Assembly (NCBI GenBank): GCA_965246885.1
Contig: OZ251992.1
Span: forward strand, 2,400,001-2,464,000
Reading direction: 5' to 3'
Length of the DNA: 64,000 nucleotides
DNA from: Abditibacterium sp.
Lineage (GTDB): Bacteria; Armatimonadota; Abditibacteriia; Abditibacteriales; Abditibacteriaceae
Shown piece by piece: positions 19,085-29,815 of this stretch (positions are counted from its first letter, which is position 1; each line of letters begins with the position of its first letter). Below the pieces are notes generated by a model. It did no database searches and was not told the origin of the DNA. It worked only from the letters and a program-made list of their open reading frames with translations. The translations under genes and the position numbers were made by a program.

Positions 19085-19712
19085 CTCGACTGGGGCCGAG
19101 GTCGAAAAGTTCCCTCGCGTCGCCCAGAGCGTCTTTCAGCGCGGCGCGCGCGCGGCTCAGGCGGCTCTTGAGCGTGCCCATCGGCACTTCCAAAAGGGCG
19201 CAACATTCTTCGTAGGAGCGGCCTTCGAGGTCGAACAAGACAAGAACCGCGCGGTGTTCGGGCGAGACTCTTCCCAAGGCGCTCCGCACCGCCGCGCGCT
19301 TTTCGTGTTCGAGGGCGGTCTGGGCGGGCGATGGGGCGTCGGAGGGCGGGTCGTATTCCTCGCCGCCCGTCTCGCCTTCCTTGGCCAACGAGGAAAAGGG
19401 GCGCGGCGCCTTTTGGCGGCGTTTGGCGCTGTCGTGGACGACGTTGATGGCGATGCGATGCAGCCACGTCCCGAACGCGCAGTCGCCCCGAAAACTCTTG
19501 AGCGAGCGAAAGGCGCGGATGAAGGTGTCCTGCGCCGCGTCCTGCGCTTCGTCGGCGTCGCGGAGCGACCACGCGCAGAAGCGGAAGATGCGCTCCTGAT
19601 GCTGGCCGACCAAGCGGTCAAAAGCGTCCAAGTCCCCCCGCCGCGCCGCGTCCACATCGCGCTCATCGGAAACAAGCGGCAGGGGCGGTGGGGAAGAACG
19701 GAAGGGCGTCAC
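19074..19712 (-). CDS. ECF RNA polymerase sigma factor
   Basis: GDLDAFDRLV, AQDAAQDTFIRAF, FGTWLHRIAIN, PMGTLKSRLSRAR. Confidence 0.93.
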   Translation of the reverse strand: MTPFRSSPPPLPLVSDERDVDAARRGDLDAFDRLVGQHQERIFRFCAWSLRDADEAQDAAQDTFIRAFRSLKSFRGDCAFGTWLHRIAINVVHDSAKRRQKAPRPFSSLAKEGETGGEEYDPPSDAPSPAQTALEHEKRAAVRSALGRVSPEHRAVLVLFDLEGRSYEECCALLEVPMGTLKSRLSRARAALKDALGDARELFDLGPSRGDG

Positions 19713-19733
19713 GAAATCGGGGCTTAGTGTGTC

Positions 19734-21332
<1,599 letters not shown>

Positions 21333-21383
21333 AGCGCGCAGTTTGGCGCGTCCTGTCGGAGCGAGAGGCGCCACACTGCAAGT

Positions 21384-21995
21384 GTGAAAATTTTAGGGTT
21401 GACCGGAGATATTGCTGCGGGCAAATCAACGGTGGCGGGAATGCTGGGAGCGCGGGGTGCGCATCATCTCGATGCCGATTTGGGGGTACGCGAACTGTAT
21501 GCACAAGCCGACTTTGCCGCGCGCGTGGCGGCGGAGTTCGGCGACGTTCTGGATACGTCGGGCGGGGTTGACCGCATCAAGCTGGGCGCCATCGTCTTCG
21601 CCGACGCCGAGCAGTTGCTGCGCTTGGAAGCGATCGTCCATCCCGCCGTCGCGCAGTTGCGCGAAGAACAACTGGAAGAGCTACGCGCCCAAGGCACGCA
21701 GTGGGTCGTCATCGAAGCCGTGAAACTGCTCGAAAGCGGCCAAGCTCAGGTATGCGACGAGGTATGGTGCCTCACGACATGGCACCGCACCCAAGTCGAG
21801 CGCTTGATGGAGCGGCGCAACCTGTCGCGCGACGAGGCTCTTGCCCGCCTCGAAGCGCAGCCTTCGCCCGAAGCCAAGCGCGTGTTGGCGGGCAAAGTGC
21901 CTCTCCTCTTCATTCCCAACAACGGCACCTTAGAGAATTTGCAAAAGCGCGTGGATAAGGAATGGGCGCGGTTCGTCAAGGGAGAGACTTTCTGA
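21384..21995 (+). CDS. coaE: Dephospho-CoA kinase
   Basis: LGLTGDIAAGKSTV, LDAD, LEAIVHPAV. Confidence 0.93.
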   Translation: MKILGLTGDIAAGKSTVAGMLGARGAHHLDADLGVRELYAQADFAARVAAEFGDVLDTSGGVDRIKLGAIVFADAEQLLRLEAIVHPAVAQLREEQLEELRAQGTQWVVIEAVKLLESGQAQVCDEVWCLTTWHRTQVERLMERRNLSRDEALARLEAQPSPEAKRVLAGKVPLLFIPNNGTLENLQKRVDKEWARFVKGETF

Positions 21996-22056
21996 GCCAT
22001 CACCAGCCTTCCTTTAACCTTTTCGCAACCCGCCGCCTTTACACTGGGAGCGTTTC

Positions 22057-23073
22057 ATGAAATTTGCGCCCGATTCCACACCCGTTCCTGCCACTCCTGC
22101 TCCTTTCACCGACAACGGCACGGCGCCAGCCCCCGCCGCGTTGGATACTCCCGAACTGGCTCGATTACTCGGCGCCTTGGTGCAGAACGTCGAGTGGGTG
22201 ATTTTGGGCAAGCGCGAACTCATTGAAGCGTGCTTGATTGGGCTTCTGGCGGGCGGTCACGTGTTGCTCGAAGATGTGCCGGGCGTTGGCAAAACGATGC
22301 TCGCGCGCTCCCTCGCCAAAACGCTGGGCGTTTCCAGCAAGCGCATCCAGTTCACGCCCGACCTCTTGCCTTCGGATATTACCGGCACGATGATCTACGA
22401 CCCGAACGAAGGGCGCTTCCACTTCCGCGAAGGGCCAATCTTTGCGCACGTCGTTTTGGCCGACGAGATCAACCGCTCCAGCCCCAAGACGCAGTCCGCG
22501 CTCTTGGAATGTATGGAAGAAGGGCAGGTCACGATGGATTTGCAATCGCGCCCGTTGCCCGATCCGTTTTTCGTCATCGCCACACAAAACCCGATGGAGT
22601 CCGAAGGCGTGTATCCCCTGCCCGATTCGCAGTTAGACCGCTTCGCTTTGCGCCTAAGCGTGGGCTACCCGCACCCCGACGCCGAGCGGATGCTGATGAA
22701 AGGGCAGCGTTTGCATCATCCCATCGAGGACTTACAATCCATCACTGACGCGCACACCATCAGACAAATGCAAGAGGCCGTGCGCCGCATCAACATCGCG
22801 GACGCGGTCTACGATTACATCCTGCGCTTGGCCAATGCTTCGCGCCAGCACCCGAAACTGCGCTTGGGACTGAGTCCGCGCGGCGCCTTGACGCTGGGAC
22901 GTTGTGCCCAAGCCCACGCCGCGTTTCGGGGGCGCGACTTCGTTATTCCCGACGACGTGAAACTCCTTGCTCCCATCGTGATGAGCCACCGGCTGGTGGG
23001 ACAACCCGAAACGCGCTTATCCGGTGGCACTCGCGTCGTGGTCGAAGATATTCTAAAAACTGTCGCGGTCTAA
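22057..23073 (+). CDS. moxR: MoxR family AAA+ ATPase
   Basis: HVLLEDVPGVGKT, RIQFTPDLLPSD, LADEINR, ATQNP, QLDRF. Confidence 0.93.
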   Translation: MKFAPDSTPVPATPAPFTDNGTAPAPAALDTPELARLLGALVQNVEWVILGKRELIEACLIGLLAGGHVLLEDVPGVGKTMLARSLAKTLGVSSKRIQFTPDLLPSDITGTMIYDPNEGRFHFREGPIFAHVVLADEINRSSPKTQSALLECMEEGQVTMDLQSRPLPDPFFVIATQNPMESEGVYPLPDSQLDRFALRLSVGYPHPDAERMLMKGQRLHHPIEDLQSITDAHTIRQMQEAVRRINIADAVYDYILRLANASRQHPKLRLGLSPRGALTLGRCAQAHAAFRGRDFVIPDDVKLLAPIVMSHRLVGQPETRLSGGTRVVVEDILKTVAV

Positions 23074-23079
23074 ACCAAC

Positions 23080-23111
23080 TGCCCCTTCCGAACTTCGGAA
23101 GGGGCACTTTT
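23080..23111. terminator. Hairpin between convergent moxR and tadG
   Basis: TGCCCCTTCCGAA-C-TTCGGAAGGGGCA then CTTTT. Confidence 0.7.
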
Positions 23112-23114
23112 GGC

Positions 23115-24635
23115 TTAGCGGATGAGTTGCACGGTGCCGGGGCTACCGGGGCCAGCGTTGGAGTAAGACATGTCCCAAATCGAGGTGTCGCCCAAGCCCG
23201 CCGTGTAGTGGGCATACCAAGTACCTTGGGTGTAGTTGGCGGGCACGTTGATGATGTCACTGGCGAAGGTATCGTTGCTCGACAAGGTTCCGGGGAATGT
23301 CATTCCCGGCAGAGTGCTACAGGTATATGTGATGCCTGTAGCATTGACGTCGGTGTCGAACTTGGTGATTTTCATCGTGCCCCCCGCCGCCGCCGTAGGA
23401 ACGCTACCCAAAGCGATGTCTACGGTTCCCGAAACGTTAAAGTTCAAAGGCAGGTGCCCATCGGCAGTGACTTTAGTGCCGTTGTTTGGGTCGAAGGTCT
23501 GTTTTCCAGTCAACTGCGGGCCAGCGCGCAAGCTGAAACCGTTCTCGCTGGAGCCAGCGATGGACGTGACGTTGACGCGGTAATTGGAGTTGGACTTCGA
23601 GCGGCTGGAGCGTGTGTCGTTGAGTAGCGTGACCCACTTGTTGTTGGCCGCAATGTCGGCGGCGCTGGATCCGCCATAGGTCATGGAGCCGAGAAAGACG
23701 TCGTCATTGGGGTTTCCCGGCGTGCCGTTGTCATCGTAGACAGAGTATTTGGTTGTCGTGGCGTCGGGGGACGTGCCATCCGAGTTACGCCTTCCATCCG
23801 CGCCGCCCGACTGACGCAACTCATCTATTTGCATGGCGCCTGACGAGTCGTTGCCGCCCGCGTTGACGCCAAGAGAATTGATGCAGTCGGGGTCATACAC
23901 TTCGATGGTCGGCACTTTGGTAGTTGTGGGGACGGACACGTTGAAGTTGTAACCGTTGGGGTTGTAAAGTGGGTTGGGGCTGCCGTTGTTGAGGTTGGTG
24001 GTCGAGTAGCAATCACCATAAGAGTGCAACCCGGCAGGGCCGAAGACGGACAAGTTGACGGGGCCGTTGGCAAGGCCATAGGTGCCCAAGCCCGCGATGT
24101 CAATGGGAGCAAGCGTGCTGTAAAGCGCGACGGCGGTGGCGGTGATGGGCACGGTGCGGCGCCCGATGATGCCACCAAACAGGGTGGGTTGGTTGCGCGT
24201 GACGACGACGCGGTACCAGTTGTTGCGGTCGGGGTTGGTGGTGGCGTCGGCGGCCAGACTTTGCTTTTCGCGCGCCGGGTAATACACCAGCACGTTCCAC
24301 TTACCCGCGCTGGCCGTAGCGTTGGCTCCCGTCACGTCGTAGCCGTTCTTGGCGGCGTAGTCCAAGGCGGCGGCTTGGGCATCGGGCACGTCTTGGGTTG
24401 GATCGGCTCCGGGGTGAGCCAATCGCCACGCGCCCGCGAGCGCCGCCGCATCCGCCGCACGTTGCATCGCTTGTTTTTCGCGGTAAACGCTGCCCATATC
24501 CACCACTAAGCCCGCCGTGCCCAAGATGGCCGTCATCAAGAGCGCGGTATAAACCACCGCCATACCCCGACGCCGCGCGGACGAAGGGATAATCGCTTTG
24601 GTGCGCGCCCGAAAATTACGAGAATAGTTCATCAT
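23115..24635 (-). CDS. tadG: TadG-like Flp pilus pseudopilin (copy 2)
   Basis: RRRGMAVVYTALL..GLVVDMG..MQRAADAAALAGA; ATGA overlap with upstream tadE. Confidence 0.8.
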   Translation of the reverse strand: MMNYSRNFRARTKAIIPSSARRRGMAVVYTALLMTAILGTAGLVVDMGSVYREKQAMQRAADAAALAGAWRLAHPGADPTQDVPDAQAAALDYAAKNGYDVTGANATASAGKWNVLVYYPAREKQSLAADATTNPDRNNWYRVVVTRNQPTLFGGIIGRRTVPITATAVALYSTLAPIDIAGLGTYGLANGPVNLSVFGPAGLHSYGDCYSTTNLNNGSPNPLYNPNGYNFNVSVPTTTKVPTIEVYDPDCINSLGVNAGGNDSSGAMQIDELRQSGGADGRRNSDGTSPDATTTKYSVYDDNGTPGNPNDDVFLGSMTYGGSSAADIAANNKWVTLLNDTRSSRSKSNSNYRVNVTSIAGSSENGFSLRAGPQLTGKQTFDPNNGTKVTADGHLPLNFNVSGTVDIALGSVPTAAAGGTMKITKFDTDVNATGITYTCSTLPGMTFPGTLSSNDTFASDIINVPANYTQGTWYAHYTAGLGDTSIWDMSYSNAGPGSPGTVQLIR

Positions 24636-25153
24636 CCGGTGAGTCCTTGCTCCATCACAAAGGTCGCTTTGGTCGTGTAGTTGCCGTTCCACCGGCTTAG
24701 GCCGGGGAACTGAGAGCCGATGAACAGCTTCTTGGTCATCGGATAGGTGACGGTCATCACCAGTGCCTGTCCGACCACGCGGCTACTGGCGGAGGGCGTG
24801 ACGGTGACGGTCAGATCCGACCATTTGATGGTCGTAAGTCCCGCCGTTTGCCCTTTCATGTAGTACTTCCAACTCCCGGAGGTGTTCTCGTCGGAGTCGA
24901 AGTTGGTGCTTTGGGCGTGCACTGCCGCCCAGCGCCCGCCATCGCGCGCCAGTTGCTCGACTTGGTTCGTCGTGGACATGATGACGCCGAACTGCAAGAT
25001 GCCCAGCGTGAGCGGCATCAAGATGAACGCCAAACACAGCGAGGTTTCCACCAACACAGAAGCGCGGCGCGAACGCCGCGCGCCGCCCTGCGAGTTAGAA
25101 GCAAAGCGGGCGCAGAGCGTAAAGATAGAAGATGTGGGAAAACGAGCAACCAT
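24632..25153 (-). CDS. tadE: TadE-like pseudopilin (copy 2)
   Basis: RRASVLVETSL..GILQFG..ARDGGRWAAV. Confidence 0.8.
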   Translation of the reverse strand: MVARFPTSSIFTLCARFASNSQGGARRSRRASVLVETSLCLAFILMPLTLGILQFGVIMSTTNQVEQLARDGGRWAAVHAQSTNFDSDENTSGSWKYYMKGQTAGLTTIKWSDLTVTVTPSASSRVVGQALVMTVTYPMTKKLFIGSQFPGLSRWNGNYTTKATFVMEQGLTG

Positions 25154-25230
25154 TGGAAGACCTCAATTCAAACCTCCCGACACATATGCGAGGAATTGGC
25201 CACTGAATCCGGCTTATATGAGGTCTTCCA
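25154..25230 (-). promoter_or_regulatory. Structured leader pairing over the RBS of tadE copy 2
   Basis: Perfect 12-bp inverted repeat TGGAAGACCTCA/TGAGGTCTTCCA; the 3' arm contains GAGGT and abuts the ATG. Confidence 0.55.
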
Positions 25231-25300
25231 CGCCAGCCTGCCACTTTCACATGCGCAAGAATTTATTTTTCTCGGCGGGGCGTTCGGGGCGTCAGACGCG

Positions 25301-25332
25301 CAAAAGCGCCCCGCTTATGCAGGGCGCTTTTG
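25301..25332 (-). terminator. Terminator after tadG copy 1
   Basis: CAAAAGCGCCC..GGGCGCTTTTG hairpin. Confidence 0.65.
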
Positions 25333-25342
25333 GAAGAGCGGA

Positions 25343-26833
25343 TTATTGAACCAAACGGACGATCCCATCTTTGCCGCTGCCGAGCAGTTGCCAACTGGAG
25401 GTGTCTCCCTTTCCGGCGACGTATTCGGCGTAGAGGCTGCCGCCCTTCCAGTTGTCGGGCAAGTGAATAGTGTCCGTTGACCAAACCCCGTTGCCGGGTT
25501 GAGGAATTACGCCCGGCGCGATGCCATCAATGGGCGGGTCAGTGGTGTAAGTGATGGTCTGCGAGCCGACGTCCACATCGAATTTACTGACTTTCACGTC
25601 GCGTCCGGCTTGATCGGCGGCCAGATAGCCCAGTTGGAACTTCACTTTGCCGCTTTGGGTAAAGTTCATTTGCAAGTGGTCAAGCGCCGAGATGGGCGTG
25701 AGAGTGTGGCTGGGGTCGGTGCCGTTTTTATCGCCAAATTGGTCGTTCCAGTCGGTGTCGGTGAGCGCCAAACCCTTGGTGGGGCCAGCGCGCAACAGGA
25801 AACCGTTCTCGCTGGAGCCGTCGAGGGCCTTGACCTTTATTTGGTATTCGCCCGTCCCGTAAGTTTCGACATTGACGTTGAAACCGGGCGGCTCGACCCA
25901 ACTGGCATCCGTCGCGTCACTGTTGGCATAAGTCGCTTCCGATAGCTTTTTCCCGTCTTTCCAAAGTTCGTAGACCGTCGTCGTCGCGTCTTGGGTGTGG
26001 TGAACGGGGTATTGCGCCGAGTGCTGATTAGTCGGGTTGGAGCCACGAATTTCGTCGTAGGAGTCGGAGCCACCCGGCGAGTAACATTCGGGATCGAAGA
26101 TTTGGATGTGGACGAACTTGTCGCTTTGCGTGCTAACGTAGTCTTTGGGCACTTCGAGCGAGAAGTTTGAATAGCCACCCGTCTGGTCATAAAGCGGGTT
26201 GACCCCGCCGTCTTGGAGGAAACGAGTCGAATAAGGATCGCCGTAGTTGTAAAACGCTTCAGGCCCGAAGACGGACACGTTGGCGGGCGAGACGTTCGGA
26301 TCGGCAATACCAAATGGGCCGCCTAAGCTGAGGGGCAAATGCACTTCCTTTTCAGCGCGCGCTTCTGCTGCGACCGCGCGCGAAAAGCGCGCGGCGACGC
26401 TTTCCAATCCGACCGCCGCCAGTAGCGTTTCGGCAACCGGCGCAAAATACACCGGCTCGTCGCTCCCCACTTTTACATAGACGGTATCGGCATAACCGTT
26501 GCCGCTTTGCGTTCCGTAGTTGGGAGTCACCGTCACGCGCGCGGGCTTGGTAGGACTGTTGATGTCAAAGCCGTTGATGGCGGCATATTGCTGAGACGTT
26601 GAGATGACGAGGGCATCGGTGGCTTGCCCGTTGGAAACTTGGGCGCCCGCAAGCGCCGCCGCGTCCGCCGCGCGCTGGGCTTGGGCGCGCTTGGCTTGAA
26701 GTTGGCCCAGATCAATGACGAGACCGCAGACGCCGAAAATCATCGGCATGGACATCACAAAAAGCCACATTGAAACCCCGCGCCGACGCCCGCGCGCACG
26801 AACAGCCAATAGCGCACGAAAAGAAAGATTCAT
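25343..26833 (-). CDS. tadG: TadG-like Flp pilus pseudopilin (copy 1)
   Basis: RRRGVSMWLF..GLVIDLG..AQRAADAAALAGA; C-terminus collinear with copy 2. Confidence 0.8.
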   Translation of the reverse strand: MNLSFRALLAVRARGRRRGVSMWLFVMSMPMIFGVCGLVIDLGQLQAKRAQAQRAADAAALAGAQVSNGQATDALVISTSQQYAAINGFDINSPTKPARVTVTPNYGTQSGNGYADTVYVKVGSDEPVYFAPVAETLLAAVGLESVAARFSRAVAAEARAEKEVHLPLSLGGPFGIADPNVSPANVSVFGPEAFYNYGDPYSTRFLQDGGVNPLYDQTGGYSNFSLEVPKDYVSTQSDKFVHIQIFDPECYSPGGSDSYDEIRGSNPTNQHSAQYPVHHTQDATTTVYELWKDGKKLSEATYANSDATDASWVEPPGFNVNVETYGTGEYQIKVKALDGSSENGFLLRAGPTKGLALTDTDWNDQFGDKNGTDPSHTLTPISALDHLQMNFTQSGKVKFQLGYLAADQAGRDVKVSKFDVDVGSQTITYTTDPPIDGIAPGVIPQPGNGVWSTDTIHLPDNWKGGSLYAEYVAGKGDTSSWQLLGSGKDGIVRLVQ

Positions 26834-26844
26834 GGGGAAAGTTC

Positions 26845-27303
26845 CTATTCGACCATCATCGTCGTCGTCGTGTTGTAGTTTTTATTGAGCAAGCCACCAA
26901 GCGGGATAAACAGCTTGTCGCTCATGTCGTAGGAAAGCGAGACTGTCACCTGAGTCCCCTTGGCGCGCGTCGTGGCGTCGTCGGGCGTGATGGTGACGGT
27001 CAATTTGGCAGGGTTTATGTCCGGCGGCAACATCCCATCGGGCGCGGGCTTGGTGACGTGATTGATGATGTTGGTGTTGTTATCGGCCACCGTCTTGGAG
27101 TCGGAGCGTTGCACCGAAGCGAAGCGCGCGCCCTCGCGCGACAGGTTCCATAGCGAGTTCGACGTGGACAGATAGATACCGAATTGAAGCATTCCCATCA
27201 GCAACATCAAAAACATGGTGGCGACGAGGGCAAACTCTAATAGCACGGCGCCCCGCCGCCGGTTGAGCGCCCGCGCTCTAAGAAAAGTTCGATTGAAGAC
27301 CAT
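26845..27303 (-). CDS. tadE: TadE-like pseudopilin (copy 1)
   Basis: RRRGAVLLEFALV..GMLQFG..SREGARFASV; AAAGGAG SD. Confidence 0.88.
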   Translation of the reverse strand: MVFNRTFLRARALNRRRGAVLLEFALVATMFLMLLMGMLQFGIYLSTSNSLWNLSREGARFASVQRSDSKTVADNNTNIINHVTKPAPDGMLPPDINPAKLTVTITPDDATTRAKGTQVTVSLSYDMSDKLFIPLGGLLNKNYNTTTTMMVE

Positions 27304-27388
27304 AACGGTTCTCCTTTCACAGAAACCGCCATTCGCGCCGCGCTCCCTCCTCCCCTGAAACGTCGGAAGCGATAGAAACTAAAGCCTC

Positions 27389-28672
27389 ATGTCCACACCA
27401 ATCTCCACACTTTTGTTCCAAGAAGCCCAGACTCTTCTCCCCGGCGGCGTCAACTCGCCGGTGCGCGCGTTCAACTCCGTCGGCGGCACGCCGCGCTTCA
27501 TGGCGCGCGGGCAAGGCGCCCACTTCTGGGATGAGGACGGCAATCGCTACCTCGATTACGTCGGCAGTTGGGGGCCGCTCATTCACGGTCACGCACCCGC
27601 TTTCGTGCATGACGCGGTGCGCGCGCAACTCGACCGGGGCACCACCTTCGGCGCCCCGACGCGCTTGGAAGTCGAGATGGCCCGCGCGGTCGTCCAAGCA
27701 GTCCCCTCCATCGAAATGGTGCGCATGGTCAACTCCGGCACGGAAGCCGTCATGGGCGCCCTGCGCGCCGCGCGCGGTTTTACGGGCAGGCGCAAGATTA
27801 TCAAGTTCGCGGGCTGCTATCACGGGCACGCCGACGCCCTGCTCGTGCAAGCGGGAAGCGGCGCCCTCACGCTGGGCATCCCCGACTCGGCGGGCGTCAC
27901 CCCCGCCCAAACGCAGGACACCGTTGTCGCCAACTTCAACGACATTGAGGGCACGCGCGAACTGATTCGGCAACTGGGCCACGAACTCGCCCTCGTTGCC
28001 GTCGAGCCGCTCCCCGCCAACATGGGCCTCGTCAAACCGCGCCCCGGCTTTTTGGAGATGCTGCGCGAGGAAACCGCCCAGACCGGCGCCCTGCTCCTCT
28101 TCGATGAAGTGATGACCGGCTTTCGCTTGGCCAAAGGCGGCTTTCAGGAGGTCATCGGCATTTCGCCGGACTTAACGACGCTCGGCAAAATCATCGGCGG
28201 CGGCTTCCCCGTTGGCGCCTACGGCGGGCGCCGCGACATCATGGCCTGCGTGTCGCCATCCGGCCCCGTTTATCAAGCGGGCACCCTGAGCGGCAACCCG
28301 GTCGCAATGACGGCGGGCCTCGCCGCCATCAACGCCCTGAACGCCGACTCCTACGCCCGCCTCGAAACTTTGGGCACCCGCTTGGAAGACGGCTTCGCCC
28401 GCATTTTGCACGACCTCCATTTCCCCGCGCAACTCCAACGCTGGGGTTCGATGTGGACGCTGTTTTTCAGCGCGACGCCCGTCGAGTCCTTCGCCGACGC
28501 CAAAGCAAGCGACACCGCCGCCTTCGGCCACTTCTTCCACGCCATGTTAGAGCGCGGCATCTACCTCCCCCCCGCCCAATTCGAGGCCGCCTTCATCTCC
28601 CTCGCCCACACCGAAGACGACATAGACGCGACACTTGACGCCGCGCGCGAGGCGCTCGCGTCTCTTCGCTGA
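27389..28672 (+). CDS. hemL: Glutamate-1-semialdehyde 2,1-aminomutase
   Basis: PGGVNSPVRAF, DYVGSWGP, VNSGTEA, FDEVMTGFR, GKIIGGGFPVG, YQAGTLSGNP. Confidence 0.97.
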   Translation: MSTPISTLLFQEAQTLLPGGVNSPVRAFNSVGGTPRFMARGQGAHFWDEDGNRYLDYVGSWGPLIHGHAPAFVHDAVRAQLDRGTTFGAPTRLEVEMARAVVQAVPSIEMVRMVNSGTEAVMGALRAARGFTGRRKIIKFAGCYHGHADALLVQAGSGALTLGIPDSAGVTPAQTQDTVVANFNDIEGTRELIRQLGHELALVAVEPLPANMGLVKPRPGFLEMLREETAQTGALLLFDEVMTGFRLAKGGFQEVIGISPDLTTLGKIIGGGFPVGAYGGRRDIMACVSPSGPVYQAGTLSGNPVAMTAGLAAINALNADSYARLETLGTRLEDGFARILHDLHFPAQLQRWGSMWTLFFSATPVESFADAKASDTAAFGHFFHAMLERGIYLPPAQFEAAFISLAHTEDDIDATLDAAREALASLR

Positions 28673-28678
28673 TGCCCC

Positions 28679-29461
28679 ATGAAACAGTTCCCCGACCCCG
28701 CGCTCAACGTCCCCCGCCCCCGCCCCCGCCCCCGCCCGACACGCAAGCGGAGAAACGGTGGGTGGTGGTTTTCGGATGGTTGCGTCGGCGTCTTCGCGGC
28801 CATTATCGGCACTCCTATCTGGCTCTTCTTCGCCCTTCGCGCGACGGGTGAAGTGATAGTCGCTGTGGCTGGACACACAATTCACGCGCCCGTCGTTGCC
28901 GCTCGGTTTGTTGACGCAAAAGGAGGAGGCCATCTCATCTCTTACCGCTACGGTGCTAAGGCGGAGGACGTGGACGAAATTTGGGTTCGCCCCGAAGAAT
29001 ACGATGCTTTGCCCGTAGGTTCACTGCTACCCGTCAAGACATTCGGCATGGGCGCCCTCATCTCCTCACGCGTTCCATTCTTCGCTGGTAGACCTCCCAT
29101 CGCGTTCTACTTTCAGTGGTTCCCTTTGTGCTTCTTCGGCTTTGTTCTGTATGCCTGTTGGGACGGCGGTTTCTGCGGCCCCCGCCGTCTGCATTGGCTG
29201 CTCCAGAACGGCATCCCCGCAAGGGGCCAAATCAGAAAGATTGACCGCTCCAACGGTAGGCACAAGCGGTATTCCGTTAACTACATCTTCCCCGACGGGA
29301 TGGGACGCCAATACCGGGGCTGGGTGGGAGGCTTAGAGAGCCGACCAGAGTTGGAAGAGGGCGACTCTATCTCCGTTCTCTTCGACCCGAACGACCCGCA
29401 CATCAGTACCATCTACGAGCTTTTGCCGGAGGAAGTGGACACCGGCTCCGCCTCCAGTTAG
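28679..29461 (+). CDS. Hypothetical membrane protein (DUF3592-like modules)
   Basis: Two TM segments each followed by a small beta module (..GDSISVLFDPNDP). Confidence 0.6.
   Translation: MKQFPDPALNVPRPRPRPRPTRKRRNGGWWFSDGCVGVFAAIIGTPIWLFFALRATGEVIVAVAGHTIHAPVVAARFVDAKGGGHLISYRYGAKAEDVDEIWVRPEEYDALPVGSLLPVKTFGMGALISSRVPFFAGRPPIAFYFQWFPLCFFGFVLYACWDGGFCGPRRLHWLLQNGIPARGQIRKIDRSNGRHKRYSVNYIFPDGMGRQYRGWVGGLESRPELEEGDSISVLFDPNDPHISTIYELLPEEVDTGSASS
28711..28738. repeat. (CCCCCG)4 microsatellite encoding PRPRPRPRP
   Basis: Read directly. Confidence 0.85.
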
Positions 29462-29479
29462 GGGTGAGAGGCGCGGGGG

Positions 29480-29488
29480 TGATATAAT
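29480..29488 (+). promoter_or_regulatory. Extended -10 promoter for rpmI-rplT
   Basis: TG-A-TATAAT 42 bp upstream of rpmI. Confidence 0.65.
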
Positions 29489-29530
29489 TTCTCTCCGCGC
29501 CTTTTCAAGTGCGCACCGGGAACAACGATT

Positions 29531-29728
29531 ATGAGCAAGATGAAAACACACAAGGCGACCGCCAAGCGCGTGACCACGACGGGCACGGGCAAATTGAAGC
29601 GGCGCAAAGTCGGCTTAGCGCACTTGCAGACCAAGCGCGCCTCGACCACGCAGATGCGCAACAACGACGCCGCGATGTCCGTCGCCAAGTCGAACGACAA
29701 GTCCATCCGCCGCTTGCTGGCGATCTAA
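29531..29728 (+). CDS. rpmI: 50S ribosomal protein L35
   Basis: MSKMKTHKATAKRV..TGTGKL; upstream of rplT. Confidence 0.93.
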   Translation: MSKMKTHKATAKRVTTTGTGKLKRRKVGLAHLQTKRASTTQMRNNDAAMSVAKSNDKSIRRLLAI

Positions 29729-29815
29729 CTCTTTCCCGCTTCGGCGGGAACTAACCGCGACTGACCGAGTACTTCACCACCTGTCGGGCGCAAGGAAACA
29801 CACAACACAAACATT

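Noticed and set aside
25154..25230. Purine or c-di-GMP riboswitch
   Set aside because: CUCAUAUAA start resembles purine aptamers but the UUUCUACC core and kissing loops are absent; no GEMM consensus
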